Positions 1 through 8,657 of a DNA stretch of 15,654 nt are shown in pieces (the first letter of the stretch is position 1; each line of letters begins with the position of its first letter). Source of the stretch: Candidatus Bathyarchaeota archaeon (GTDB taxonomy: Archaea; Thermoproteota; Bathyarchaeia; 40CM-2-53-6); assembly GCA_963833125.1 (NCBI GenBank), contig CAWHWX010000024.1, positions 1 to 15,654 on the forward strand, written 5' to 3'. A program made the position numbers and the translations under genes. A model generated the notes under the pieces. The model saw nothing but the letters and a program-made list of their open reading frames with translations. It was not told where the DNA came from and made no database searches.

Positions 1-74
1 AGCTCCATGCATACTTGAACCCCCTCGCCGTACCCACCGCCGAGCATTCTTTCTTCTTCTGTGCTCAGATGCAT
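1..74 (-). CDS. Aconitase X catalytic (DUF521/AcnX large subunit) family protein, 5' end only; runs off the window
   Basis: Manual translation from ATG at 74 gives MHLSTEEERMLGGGYGEGVQVCME(L), matching the characteristic AcnX N-terminus (M-x-L-T-x-E-E-x-x-M-L-x-G-x-x-G-E-x-x-x-x-x-M-E-I/L). Purine-rich GGGAAGGA lies just upstream. Only 24 codons are visible and it is not in the ORF track. Confidence 0.75.
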   Translation of the reverse strand, partial: MHLSTEEERMLGGGYGEGVQVCME

Positions 75-137
75 GAATTGTCCTTCCCTATGAGACGATT
101 ATTAGTTCTTTTCCGCAGAAATCCGTTATCCTGCGAA

Positions 138-1112
138 TTATCCTGAGGTGAGCTGATAGCTGACCACTTTCCTCTCACCAATGTTGATAATGGCGCCTCT
201 AAGTACGCCTTCCGGATATTCTGAGCCTGGGTTTATGACGAGTGTCTTTCCTACTCGAGCTGTTCCGCGCGATTCATGGATGTGGCCTGACAGGACGAGT
301 AAGGGCTGAAGTTTCTCCACGGCCGCTCTGATCGCAGTGCTACCTACGCCAATGATGACCTGTTGTCCTCCTTTGATGACAGGTCTAGGTGGGAAAACCG
401 AAGAGTCCAACATGGGAGCGCTGTCAAGTCCGGAATCGATGGGAGGAACATGAAAATTGAAAACGCAATTGGACATGTCTTTCACTTGGCCGACAAGGTT
501 CTCGATTAATTTTCCAAGCTCTTCCTCGCTTGAGTCTCTCGGACAGTTCCACGGAGTGGGATTTCCCCACCCTAGGTTCGCCATTTCATGGATCTCGTCG
601 ATTCGTATGACTTTATTATCCGGGTTCTTCACGTGATCGGTGTCCTTGATAGCGTCTAACGTTTCCTGATGGTCGTCGTTTCCGCCCGTGATATAGCATA
701 TCGTATCTGTTCCTTTCAAGTGCTCTTCCGCCATCTCCACCCACCTCAAAAGATTTTCCCGCATAATGTCGAGGAAGAGTTTGTCTAATTTCTTCTTATC
801 ATTTTGAAGCTCGATCGCCTCGTCTGGTGTTGAATGGTACACATAGTAGCCGCTGTCCCTGATTTTGGTTTCGATCTGCTGCGTTTCCTCCTTTGTCGTG
901 GTGACGTGTTGCTTCCCCGCGAATTCGCATCTGTAGCTTCCGTCGGCGTTTTCTATGATCGGGATAATCATTTTTCCCGTGACGTCCCCGCCAAGGACAA
1001 GCACCTCCGCTCCGTAGTGAGTTGTGGCGCCTAGGAATTTCCTAAAACATATTTCAGATCCATGAACATCCGTTGCGTAGAATATTTTGGTGAACTTCTT
1101 ATTGCGGGACAC
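138..1112 (-). CDS. Calcineurin-like metallophosphoesterase (Icc-related, COG2129-like)
   Basis: 324 aa with the five metallophosphoesterase motifs: ATDVHGS, GGDVTGK, GGNDD, FHVPP, GHIHE. GTG start with AGGGAG upstream. Confidence 0.9.
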   Translation of the reverse strand: MSRNKKFTKIFYATDVHGSEICFRKFLGATTHYGAEVLVLGGDVTGKMIIPIIENADGSYRCEFAGKQHVTTTKEETQQIETKIRDSGYYVYHSTPDEAIELQNDKKKLDKLFLDIMRENLLRWVEMAEEHLKGTDTICYITGGNDDHQETLDAIKDTDHVKNPDNKVIRIDEIHEMANLGWGNPTPWNCPRDSSEEELGKLIENLVGQVKDMSNCVFNFHVPPIDSGLDSAPMLDSSVFPPRPVIKGGQQVIIGVGSTAIRAAVEKLQPLLVLSGHIHESRGTARVGKTLVINPGSEYPEGVLRGAIINIGERKVVSYQLTSG

Positions 1113-1138
1113 AACTCCCTGCTCCGGCTTGAGTTGTG

Positions 1139-2782
1139 TTACGCTGGAGGTAATTCACTGAAGGCTAGCGTTATGTCTATGCCGCGTCTCTTGTTGTAGA
1201 ACAGACTGGCGTAATAGATGACGAATCCAGAAATGAATACTCCAAAGATAGCTAGCACCGAGTTAGTACTGTTCGCTCCGTACAACGGGTTCACGGCGAA
1301 CATATAGGTAAACCATCCCATTGTAATGAGTTGAAGAATGCCAACAATCGTGATGACCGGTATACCCGCAAACTCGCGCTTTATTGGTGATGTTTCGTAA
1401 AGCCGTTTGGTTTTCTGACGGAGCGGTAGCACAACTGCGGCGATTCCTGCCGGTATGAAAGTAAATGCTACCTGTGCTACCGTGGCGGACAAGGCTGCAA
1501 GAATGCTGCCCCAGTAGACTAGCAATACGAGTATGATAATAGAGCCTATGAGGTAGGTTACCAGTGCTACGACGGGTGTTCTGGTTCTCGGCGACACGTA
1601 GGTGAACTTCTCGGGTATTACCCTGTCGAATCCCCACGCGAGCATATTCCGCGAATCGAGCAGGAAATCTGCTACTGCGACCATCGGATTCCAAGCTATG
1701 AACCCGATTCCAATCAGCACAAGCAGCGGCAAGCTATTGGTTAGCATGGAGCCGAGCAGATTCCAATATGGGGGTGCAGGGAGAAGGTATTTCCCGGCGG
1801 AAAAGTCAACGGATAGAGAGTTGAGGAAGTTCAATCCGGCAACGTTCTCCATGAGGTATGCTCCCACGGTCATCACAATACCGCTTATGAGTGCTCCGCC
1901 GACGAGCGGACCTATTATGCTGTTCTTAGTTACGTTCTTAATTTCCCCTGCCACATAGGTTTGAGTGCTAAGGTAAACGAGCGCCCAGCCCGCCAACGGG
2001 ATTAGTCCAATTGTTGCTGACCACGAGAAAGGAGTGTTCGTGTAACCGAGACCTTGCGCTGTCGAAATGATCGTGTGATAGTAGTCAGGGTCATTTGCGA
2101 TCGGCTGACTGTAATGGTTGAAGGCCGCTGTGAAGCCTTGAGGACTTGTCGTCGCGAGAAGTGCGAAGACTATCAGAATTCCCACCACGCCGAGGATCAT
2201 GCACAAATTCAGGAAAGGAAACGTATACTTATTGCCGAAGATGGTCATGACGGCACCTAAAACCAATATGATTGTGCCAATCCCAAGTATGTAGTTTGGC
2301 TGCAAAGCTAACGAACTCATACTAATCATTGCGGGATTATTGGTCACTGAACCAATCGCTGCGAGTGCGGGTGAGAAACCGAACGTTAGACACCATTCGG
2401 TAAAGATTGCACCATAAAACATGTACCAGATGCTGATACTCCAGTTCTCCGCGAACCCTAACGCTGGATGAACCGTTCTGCTAACGAAGACGTAGTCCCC
2501 TCCTGAGCGCGGCATCGCAATTGAGAGCATCCCAAACACGAGCGCCTGTGGAATAACAAGTATAGTGCATATTGCAGTAGCGATTGCAGGATCACCACCG
2601 GGGAAGAGATATGCCAGCGACATCAAAAATATGATACCGATACCGTATGTTGTTCCAAGAGCGTTCAGCGATAACACGCTTAACGTACCGACGTCTCTTC
2701 GGAGACCTGAAGCTTTTCTCACGAAGACAACGGGTTCAGACTTCACAGGCGCCACTGATGCATCTGGAGCCAAGAGAATCAA
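1139..2782 (-). CDS. APC-family amino acid permease
   Basis: 547 aa with about 12-14 hydrophobic segments, N-terminal FVRKASGLRR, MPRSGGDYVFVSR, AGEIK, SRNMLAWGFDRVIP and C-terminal AFSELPP. Exact start is uncertain (TTG 2782 or a nearby TTG/GTG). Confidence 0.92.
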   Translation of the reverse strand: MILLAPDASVAPVKSEPVVFVRKASGLRRDVGTLSVLSLNALGTTYGIGIIFLMSLAYLFPGGDPAIATAICTILVIPQALVFGMLSIAMPRSGGDYVFVSRTVHPALGFAENWSISIWYMFYGAIFTEWCLTFGFSPALAAIGSVTNNPAMISMSSLALQPNYILGIGTIILVLGAVMTIFGNKYTFPFLNLCMILGVVGILIVFALLATTSPQGFTAAFNHYSQPIANDPDYYHTIISTAQGLGYTNTPFSWSATIGLIPLAGWALVYLSTQTYVAGEIKNVTKNSIIGPLVGGALISGIVMTVGAYLMENVAGLNFLNSLSVDFSAGKYLLPAPPYWNLLGSMLTNSLPLLVLIGIGFIAWNPMVAVADFLLDSRNMLAWGFDRVIPEKFTYVSPRTRTPVVALVTYLIGSIIILVLLVYWGSILAALSATVAQVAFTFIPAGIAAVVLPLRQKTKRLYETSPIKREFAGIPVITIVGILQLITMGWFTYMFAVNPLYGANSTNSVLAIFGVFISGFVIYYASLFYNKRRGIDITLAFSELPPA

Positions 2783-2802
2783 GAGAAATCCGAGATTCTC
2801 GC

Positions 2803-2818
2803 TACTTAAGAGTTGTTG
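2803..2818 (-). promoter_or_regulatory. Putative archaeal BRE/TATA element for a leaderless permease transcript
   Basis: Minus strand reads CAACAACT-CTTAAGTA. The TATA-like octamer (2810-2803) lies 21-28 nt upstream of the TTG at 2782, the spacing expected for a leaderless archaeal mRNA. Pattern only. Confidence 0.35.
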
Positions 2819-2920
2819 CTAGTTCTCGCCCTTAGTCGATACAAATCGCTTTCAATGATTCCGTGATTTCCTTAATGATCAACGAACAATGGAAATCGGA
2901 ACTATAAGAGTCGATGGAAT

Positions 2921-3913
2921 GTGCCAACGCTTAACGTAGATGAACAGCTGCTGGACATGTACCGCAAAATGGTCACGATCAGGCAGTTCGAGGAGAAAGT
3001 TAGAGATCTGTTCGCCGCCGGAAAAATTCCTGGATTTGTGCATCTCTACATTGGTGAAGAAGCAATTGCTGTAGGCGTTGCTGCCGCGCTTCGAAAAGAT
3101 GACTACGTGACGAGCACGCACAGAGGTCACGGTCACTGTATTGCTCGCGGCGCAGACGTGCGCAGAATGATGGCTGAATTGTTCGGCAAACGCGACGGTT
3201 ACTGCAAAGGAAAAGGTGGCTCCATGCACATGTTTGACATTACGCTTGGAATACTTGGAGCGAACGGAATTGTTGCGGCCGGTTGCCCCCTAGCTGCTGG
3301 GGCGGGGCTAACAGCGAAGCTACGAAAAACGGACCAAGCGGTGGCTGGCTTTTTTGGTGATGGGGCCACTAATCATGGAACCCTCCACGAATCGTTGAAT
3401 CTGTCAGCCGTATGGAAACTCCCCGTCATCTGGGTCTGCGAAAACAATCTCTATGCTGAGGCAACCCCGATTTGGGCAACTGTAAACATTCCGGATATTG
3501 CGCAAATGGCACACTCCTACAATATGCCCAGCAAGATTGTTGACGGAAACGATGTCCTCGCAGTGTATGAAGCAGCTCGAACTGCCGCTGAAAGGGCACG
3601 AAAGGGCGAAGGACCTACGTTTATCGAATGCAAGACTTACCGTCATCGTGGTCATTACGAAGGGGACCCTGTAATATACCGCACAAGAGAACAGGAACAG
3701 GAATGGTTCAAGAAGGACCCAATACCGAGATTTGAATCGCGCCTCATCAAAGATGGAAAAGCAACTGAAGCACAATTAGCAGAAATTTGTACCCACGCAA
3801 CTGCACTGATAGACGAAGCAATAGCTTTCGCAGAGAACAGCAGTAATCCTCTGCCCAACGAGGCGTTCCAAGACGTTTTCGTTGTTCCAGAAGAGGGGAA
3901 TCTTGAAACATGA
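2921..3913 (+). CDS. acoA: TPP-dependent 2-oxoacid/acetoin dehydrogenase E1 alpha subunit (AcoA/PdhA-type)
   Basis: 330 aa with GKIPGFVHLYIGEEA, STHRGHGH, GKGGSMH, the TPP motif GDGA...ENN and YRHRGHYEGDP. Motifs are closest to the AcoA type, but the substrate is unproven. Confidence 0.92.
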   Translation: MPTLNVDEQLLDMYRKMVTIRQFEEKVRDLFAAGKIPGFVHLYIGEEAIAVGVAAALRKDDYVTSTHRGHGHCIARGADVRRMMAELFGKRDGYCKGKGGSMHMFDITLGILGANGIVAAGCPLAAGAGLTAKLRKTDQAVAGFFGDGATNHGTLHESLNLSAVWKLPVIWVCENNLYAEATPIWATVNIPDIAQMAHSYNMPSKIVDGNDVLAVYEAARTAAERARKGEGPTFIECKTYRHRGHYEGDPVIYRTREQEQEWFKKDPIPRFESRLIKDGKATEAQLAEICTHATALIDEAIAFAENSSNPLPNEAFQDVFVVPEEGNLET

Positions 3914-4900
3914 GCGCGAAGAGAGAACTAACATTCGCAGAAGCGATTCGAGAAGGCATCTACCAAGAACTGAAACGCGATGACCGTGTTTTCGTTATGG
4001 GAGAGGACGTTGGTTTCGAAGATGGAGCCTTTCGTGTCACTTCCGGGTTTCTGAAAGAGTTCGGCAGCGAACGGATTCGAGACACGCCGATCTCAGAAAA
4101 CGGATTCGTTGGGGCTGGTGTTGCTGCAGCAATCCTCGGGATGAGACCTGTGGTCGAACTGATGTTCGCAGATTTCACCGGCGTTGCGATGGACCAGATA
4201 TACAATCAAGCAGGGAAGTTGCGGTACATGTCTGGTGGGCAGGTCAAGATTCCTCTAGTGATTCGGATGGCCATGGGTGGTGGCCTATCTGCCGCAGCCC
4301 AACATTCTCAATGCCTCTACTCGCTCTTCGCACACGTGCCTGGCCTGAAAATAGTTGTTCCCTCAAATTGCTACGATACGAAAGGACTAATCATAAGCTC
4401 CATTCGAGCAGACGACCCTGTTATGTACTTCGAACACAAGGCGTTGTACGACAGAAAGTTAGGACACGTTCCTGAAGAAGCATACGAGATTCAGTTCGGG
4501 AAAGCGGATGTAAAGCGAAATGGAAGCGATGTCACAGTTGTCGCAACTGCTATGATGGTACACCGTGCTCTGGACGCTGCAGAACAACTCCAGAAAGAAG
4601 GCATATCTGCAGAAGTCATCGATCCAAGAACAATAGTGCCGCTGGACAAGGCTGCAATATTCGACTCGGTGAAAAAGACTGGGCGACTAGTGATTGTTGA
4701 CGAGGACTACGAACGATGCGGATTCGCCGCAGAAGTCGCCGCGTTGATCGCAGAAGATGGATTTGATCTCCTCGACGGACCTATCAAGAGAGTCGCAACA
4801 CACAATGTTCCAATACCGTACAATCCAATTCTGGAAGACTGCGGTCGTACCGAATACTGAAAGAATCAAGAGAACGATAAGAGAAGTCATGACCGCTTGA
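3910..4900 (+). CDS. acoB: 2-oxoacid/acetoin dehydrogenase E1 beta subunit (AcoB/PdhB-type); one apparent +1 indel near 4837-4840
   Basis: ATGA overlap with E1alpha; GEDVG, DTPISE, AAQHSQ and VIDPRTIVPLD motifs. The track ORF ends at 4860, but removing one base after NPILE restores the normal C-terminus AVVPNTERIKRTIREVMTA-stop (TGA 4898-4900). Confidence 0.9.
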
Positions 4901-4910
4901 ATTCGTCCAA

Positions 4911-4935
4911 CCCTGGAAGCCGACTTCGGCTAGGG
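4911..4935. terminator. Hairpin between convergent E1beta and E2 genes
   Basis: CCCT-gga-AGCCG-actt-CGGCT-AGGG stem-loop in the 40-nt gap between the two stop codons. There is no long T tract, so the terminator role is inferred. Confidence 0.35.
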
Positions 4936-4940
4936 CTTTG

Positions 4941-6134
4941 CTAATTCAGTAGACTGGGTTGAGTAAGCAGTTTGCAGAGTTCTCCGAGGAACTCTGCTGC
5001 CCCCGCCCCGTCGACGATTCTGTGATCAAACGATAGAGTCAAGGTGCCCATGAATCTCGTGCAGATATTACCCTTCATGACCACGGGTTTATCGATTATT
5101 CTTCCCACGGCGAGAATTGCTGCTTCTGGCGGGTTGATGATTGGGCTGAAACTGTCGATATCGTACATACCGAGATTCGTTATGGTGAATGTTCCACCGG
5201 TCACTTCGTCCAATGTCAATTTGCGATTTCGTGCTTTCTCGATGAGACTTTCAGACTCGCTGGCTATTGCCTCAAGTTTCTTCTGATCCGCATTTCTCAA
5301 CACGGGAACAACTAGCCCGTCTTTCAATGACACGGCGATGCCCACATTGATGTCTTTTAGCACATCAATCTCCCCATTCGCATAGGTTGAGTTCAGTACT
5401 CGAAGTTTGCGTAGCGTAATCGCGCAAGCCTTGACCAGGAAATCGATGTATGAGGGTTTCTTCTTCCCTTGTTTGCTGAATTCTTCTCTGAACTCTTTCA
5501 GATATGTGAAGTCTGCTTCAGCCTGGAGGGTTACATGTAATGCGTTGGTGTAGCTTCCGGTGAGGCGCTCTACGATTGTGAGCCGCGTTGGATTAAGGCG
5601 GATCGTGGTTTCAACCTTCGATCCCAGTGATGCCACCGCACTCTCGCCTTCAATTGCCTTTAGGACGTCCTCACGTTGTATTCGTCCTCCGTGTCCAGTC
5701 CCGGTGAGTTTCGAAACATCGATGCTATGTTCCCTTGCAAGTTTCCTGGCTGAGGGTGAAATGGGCACCTTATCGGAGATCCCGCTAGCAACAACGCTCG
5801 CTGGCTCGGTTGTGCCAGCCTGCCCCACCGCAATTTGCTCTGTAGGTGCGGTTGTCGCTTCTCGGATTAGGCGGTCTACATCAGGAATCGCCTCATTAGC
5901 ATCCGTAATGACTGCTAGCAGACTGCCAATCGGGGCGGTGGTTCCCTCCGGTGCGACAATTTTCCTTAGAATGCCAGATGCCGGAGATTCAATTTCTGTT
6001 ATGACCTTCTGAGTATCTATCGAGTATAGTGGCTTTCCCTTCTCGACAGGTTCACCCTCTCTAATGATCCACTCCACAACAGTGCCGGTTTTCATCGTGA
6101 GGCCGAGTTTTGGCATTGTCACTTTTGTTGGCAC
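4941..6134 (-). CDS. acoC: Dihydrolipoamide acyltransferase E2 (AcoC/PdhC-type)
   Basis: 397 aa: single lipoyl domain (MPKLGLTM...IDTQKV...SPASG), peripheral-subunit-binding domain (SPSARKLAREHSID...GTGHGGRI) and catalytic domain (GTFTITNLG, FDHRIVDG). Confidence 0.93.
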   Translation of the reverse strand: MPTKVTMPKLGLTMKTGTVVEWIIREGEPVEKGKPLYSIDTQKVITEIESPASGILRKIVAPEGTTAPIGSLLAVITDANEAIPDVDRLIREATTAPTEQIAVGQAGTTEPASVVASGISDKVPISPSARKLAREHSIDVSKLTGTGHGGRIQREDVLKAIEGESAVASLGSKVETTIRLNPTRLTIVERLTGSYTNALHVTLQAEADFTYLKEFREEFSKQGKKKPSYIDFLVKACAITLRKLRVLNSTYANGEIDVLKDINVGIAVSLKDGLVVPVLRNADQKKLEAIASESESLIEKARNRKLTLDEVTGGTFTITNLGMYDIDSFSPIINPPEAAILAVGRIIDKPVVMKGNICTRFMGTLTLSFDHRIVDGAGAAEFLGELCKLLTQPSLLN

Positions 6135-6309
6135 GACTCAGCCGTCCTAATTTGGGATCGACTCACTGGCCGCACCCATAAGTTTGTCTAGCCAAATTCC
6201 CTTTTGAAGTCTGCGGCGCGGCAGAATGGAAATCTCGTTTAGTCATCATCGAAAACTGGCGGAAATTAATTTAGGTCCCATCTTCCTCTAAATCATGTCG
6301 GTGTGATAT

Positions 6310-7164
6310 TTGACAGTTAGAATGGGGATCGTGGAGTTTCGGTCAGACCCAGGAAATAAGGAAAGCAATGTCTCTACTGGCCTTGAGATGATTGAACAAG
6401 CAGGGAGCCAAGGAGTCGACATACTCGTTTTCCCAGAGCTTTGGACTACCGGATATTTGGCCGGAAGCAAATTCAACAGTCTAGCAGAAAGGATCCCCGG
6501 ACCAACCACCAAAGCGTTGACCTCCGCTTCATCCGAGCATAAAATCTTCCTAGTGGGAGGGTCTATCGTTGAAATCGCAGGCCGAAATATGCATAACACG
6601 CTTTTTGTCGCCGACAGAACCGGCAAGATCATCGCGAAACATAGGAAGGCCCATCTCTGGGGCCAATACGAGAATAAATATTTCAAGCCAGGCGACAAAT
6701 GCACGGTTATCAATTCAGAATTCGGAAAACTCGGGCTCGGTGTCTGCTACGACGGCGACTTTCAGGAATACTCACGCGCCCTGGCGTTGAAAGGGGCGAG
6801 AATGTTCTTCAATGTCTCCGCTTACCCAGACCCAGATCAAGATGATTGGCGCATCTTCTATTCTTGCTTCGCACGACAGAACGGATTCTACGTTGTCTCC
6901 ACAAATATGGTGGGACACGAATCTGGGGGCCTCGCAAGCGACCTCTATCCGGAGGGAATTGAATTCTTCGGAGAATCGAGAATCATAGATCCGTATGGCA
7001 AGACTGTCATACAATCGGATCCTGCGAGGAAGGAAACCTCGCTCTATCTCGCCGACATCGATCTAGATCTGGTGGAGAAAGTGCGGGCGAACTCGAATTT
7101 CAACCTGCATAATAGGAGACCGGAACTGTACGAGAGATCGATGAGGGCAGGCCGCCGATCATAG
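6310..7164 (+). CDS. Carbon-nitrogen hydrolase (nitrilase superfamily amidase)
   Basis: 284 aa with the Glu-Lys-Cys triad in FPELW, HRKAHL and VCYDG, and C-terminal RRPELY. TTG start preceded by an SD-like GGTGTGA. Confidence 0.92.
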   Translation: MTVRMGIVEFRSDPGNKESNVSTGLEMIEQAGSQGVDILVFPELWTTGYLAGSKFNSLAERIPGPTTKALTSASSEHKIFLVGGSIVEIAGRNMHNTLFVADRTGKIIAKHRKAHLWGQYENKYFKPGDKCTVINSEFGKLGLGVCYDGDFQEYSRALALKGARMFFNVSAYPDPDQDDWRIFYSCFARQNGFYVVSTNMVGHESGGLASDLYPEGIEFFGESRIIDPYGKTVIQSDPARKETSLYLADIDLDLVEKVRANSNFNLHNRRPELYERSMRAGRRS

Positions 7165-7314
7165 AAGTCGCTCGATATTATGCACCCACATACTTCGGGC
7201 ACATGTTGATCCAGGGTCACGCTTCTTTGTCTTCTAGACAACGGGGGAGTGGAAAGTCTCCGAGGAGCCTTGGTCTTTGGAATCCTGGGAGAAGCCAGCG
7301 GTCAGAAAGAGAGC

Positions 7315-7337
7315 GTTGACCCTTCTTATCGGTCAAC
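7315..7337. terminator. Inverted repeat between convergent hydrolase and dehydrogenase genes
   Basis: GTTGACC-cttcttatc-GGTCAAC: perfect 7-bp stem with a 9-nt loop. Function is inferred from position only. Confidence 0.25.
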
Positions 7338-7391
7338 CAGAAATCGCATGTCGGTGTCGGTTAATCGAAAGACCAGCTGCTGCAAGGCGTT

Positions 7392-8345
7392 TCAAAGCGA
7401 CGCACACACATTTTGAGGCCGTCTGTCCAAGAATTTCTTAACGTTGTCGATGCAGATGTCAGTACATCTCTTCACGGCCTCGACCGTGTGAAATCCTACA
7501 TGAGGCGATAGAACTGTGTTCTCAAGTCCGAACAATGGATTCGCTTGTGCTGTTGGTTCCTCTTCGAAGACGTCAAGTCCAGCGCAGGACAGTTTTCCTG
7601 AGCGAAGGGCGGCAGTCAGCGCCTTCTCATCCACCACCTTTCCTTGGGACGTATTGATCAGCACGGCGCCATCCTTCATGATTCCAATCTCCTTCTCTCC
7701 GATTAATCGTTGTGACTTTGACGTCAGGGTGACATGCACAGTTACAATGTCACTTTGCTTAAGCAATGTTTCGAAATCAACGTAGGCTATTCCGATTTCT
7801 AGAGCCTTGGGGTTACGCTGAATATCATAACCTAGCATGCGCATTCCGAATGCTTTCGCGATTTCGCCAACTCGGCATCCAATAGCGCCGGTCCCGATTA
7901 TTCCAAGAGTTTTCTCCGCTAGCTCCGTACCCTTGAAGGGCCTCCAGTCGAACATGCCTTCTCTAACGTGGTGGTCCTCCAACACCAACTTCCTAACCGC
8001 AGCCAACAATAACGCAAAAGTCTGCTCAGCAACAGCTTCAGTCCCGTAGACTGGAACATGCGTAACCACGATCCCCTTGCGGTTCGCCTCCTCAAGATCA
8101 GCGTAGTGACAGGTAGTGGCCCAGATTGAAATCATCTTTAGGTTTGGAGCAGAGTCGAGAATCGCTTTCGTCAGGTGGCTCCATCCCACTATCACAACGT
8201 CCGCGTCTCGAATTCTCTCCTTCAACTCCTCATCAGACCTGGGTGGGTCACCGAAGACTCTCAACTCACCCATGGCCTTAAGCTTCTGGACATGCTGCTC
8301 CTCTAGGAACACGTGGTCGACTACTACTATCTTCATCTCACACAT
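7392..8345 (-). CDS. D-isomer-specific 2-hydroxyacid dehydrogenase family protein (NAD-dependent)
   Basis: GIIGTGAIG Rossmann motif, YD (NAD-type Asp), AGLDVFEEEP and SPHVG. The start may be the ATG at 8336 (MKIVVVD). The conserved NTARG motif reads NTSQG. Confidence 0.9.
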   Translation of the reverse strand: MCEMKIVVVDHVFLEEQHVQKLKAMGELRVFGDPPRSDEELKERIRDADVVIVGWSHLTKAILDSAPNLKMISIWATTCHYADLEEANRKGIVVTHVPVYGTEAVAEQTFALLLAAVRKLVLEDHHVREGMFDWRPFKGTELAEKTLGIIGTGAIGCRVGEIAKAFGMRMLGYDIQRNPKALEIGIAYVDFETLLKQSDIVTVHVTLTSKSQRLIGEKEIGIMKDGAVLINTSQGKVVDEKALTAALRSGKLSCAGLDVFEEEPTAQANPLFGLENTVLSPHVGFHTVEAVKRCTDICIDNVKKFLDRRPQNVCASL

Positions 8346-8442
8346 CTCGGAGCAATTGGGACTAGCTGGTCCTTGCTTGAATCAACTTAAGACTTGCTAG
8401 GTCTCACAAGATGACCTTCAAGGTGGACGAGTGTGAGAAGGA

Positions 8443-8604
8443 CTAGTCCTCGGTGTAGTCCTGATGAGATCTTAGGTACTGGTCAGGGAACGTCAGTTCA
8501 CACTTGGCGCACTGGTAGTTGGTTCGAATGTTGAAGCTGGTTCCGTTCCAAATTTGTTCCTGACTTTCCGCTTCTAATTGACCTGTGCAGAATGGACAGT
8601 TCAA
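8443..8604 (-). CDS. Zinc-ribbon microprotein, 53 aa (CPFC...CAKC)
   Basis: Manual translation (TTG start, TAG stop): MNCPFCTGQLEAESQEQIWNGTSFNIRTNYQCAKCELTFPDQYLRSHQDYTED. Two CxxC knuckles, the first right after the start. Shorter than any ORF in the track. Confidence 0.7.
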   Translation of the reverse strand: MNCPFCTGQLEAESQEQIWNGTSFNIRTNYQCAKCELTFPDQYLRSHQDYTED

Positions 8605-8608
8605 TGGT

Positions 8609-8657
8609 GGGCACCGGGTTTGGTCAGGTTGGGTGTGGTATGGGTTTGGGTTGGTTG
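8609..8657. repeat. G/T-rich low-complexity tract 1 (GGGTTTGG-like units)
   Basis: GGG runs at 8609, 8616, 8631, 8642 and 8648 within GGGCACCGGGTTTGGTCAGGTTGGGTGTGGTATGGGTTTGGGTTGGTTG. Confidence 0.55.

Noticed and set aside
5995-6025. E2 lipoylation motif DTQKV instead of ETDKA
   Set aside because: The lysine and hairpin context are kept, and AcoC-type lipoyl domains vary at the residue before Lys. Not unusual enough.
7165-7391. Open stretch in the gap between the convergent hydrolase and dehydrogenase genes
   Set aside because: No convincing start or motif; only the short inverted repeat is supportable.
834-8400. Many 60-150 aa antisense or alternate-frame ORFs in the track (e.g. 1263..1694, 2879..3229, 5560..6012, 6288..6713)
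   Set aside because: They shadow well-supported genes and show no recognisable motifs.
8516-8535. GGTTCGAAT resembling a tRNA T-loop
   Set aside because: Flanks do not form a T-stem or cloverleaf, and the motif lies inside the 53-aa microprotein ORF on the other strand.
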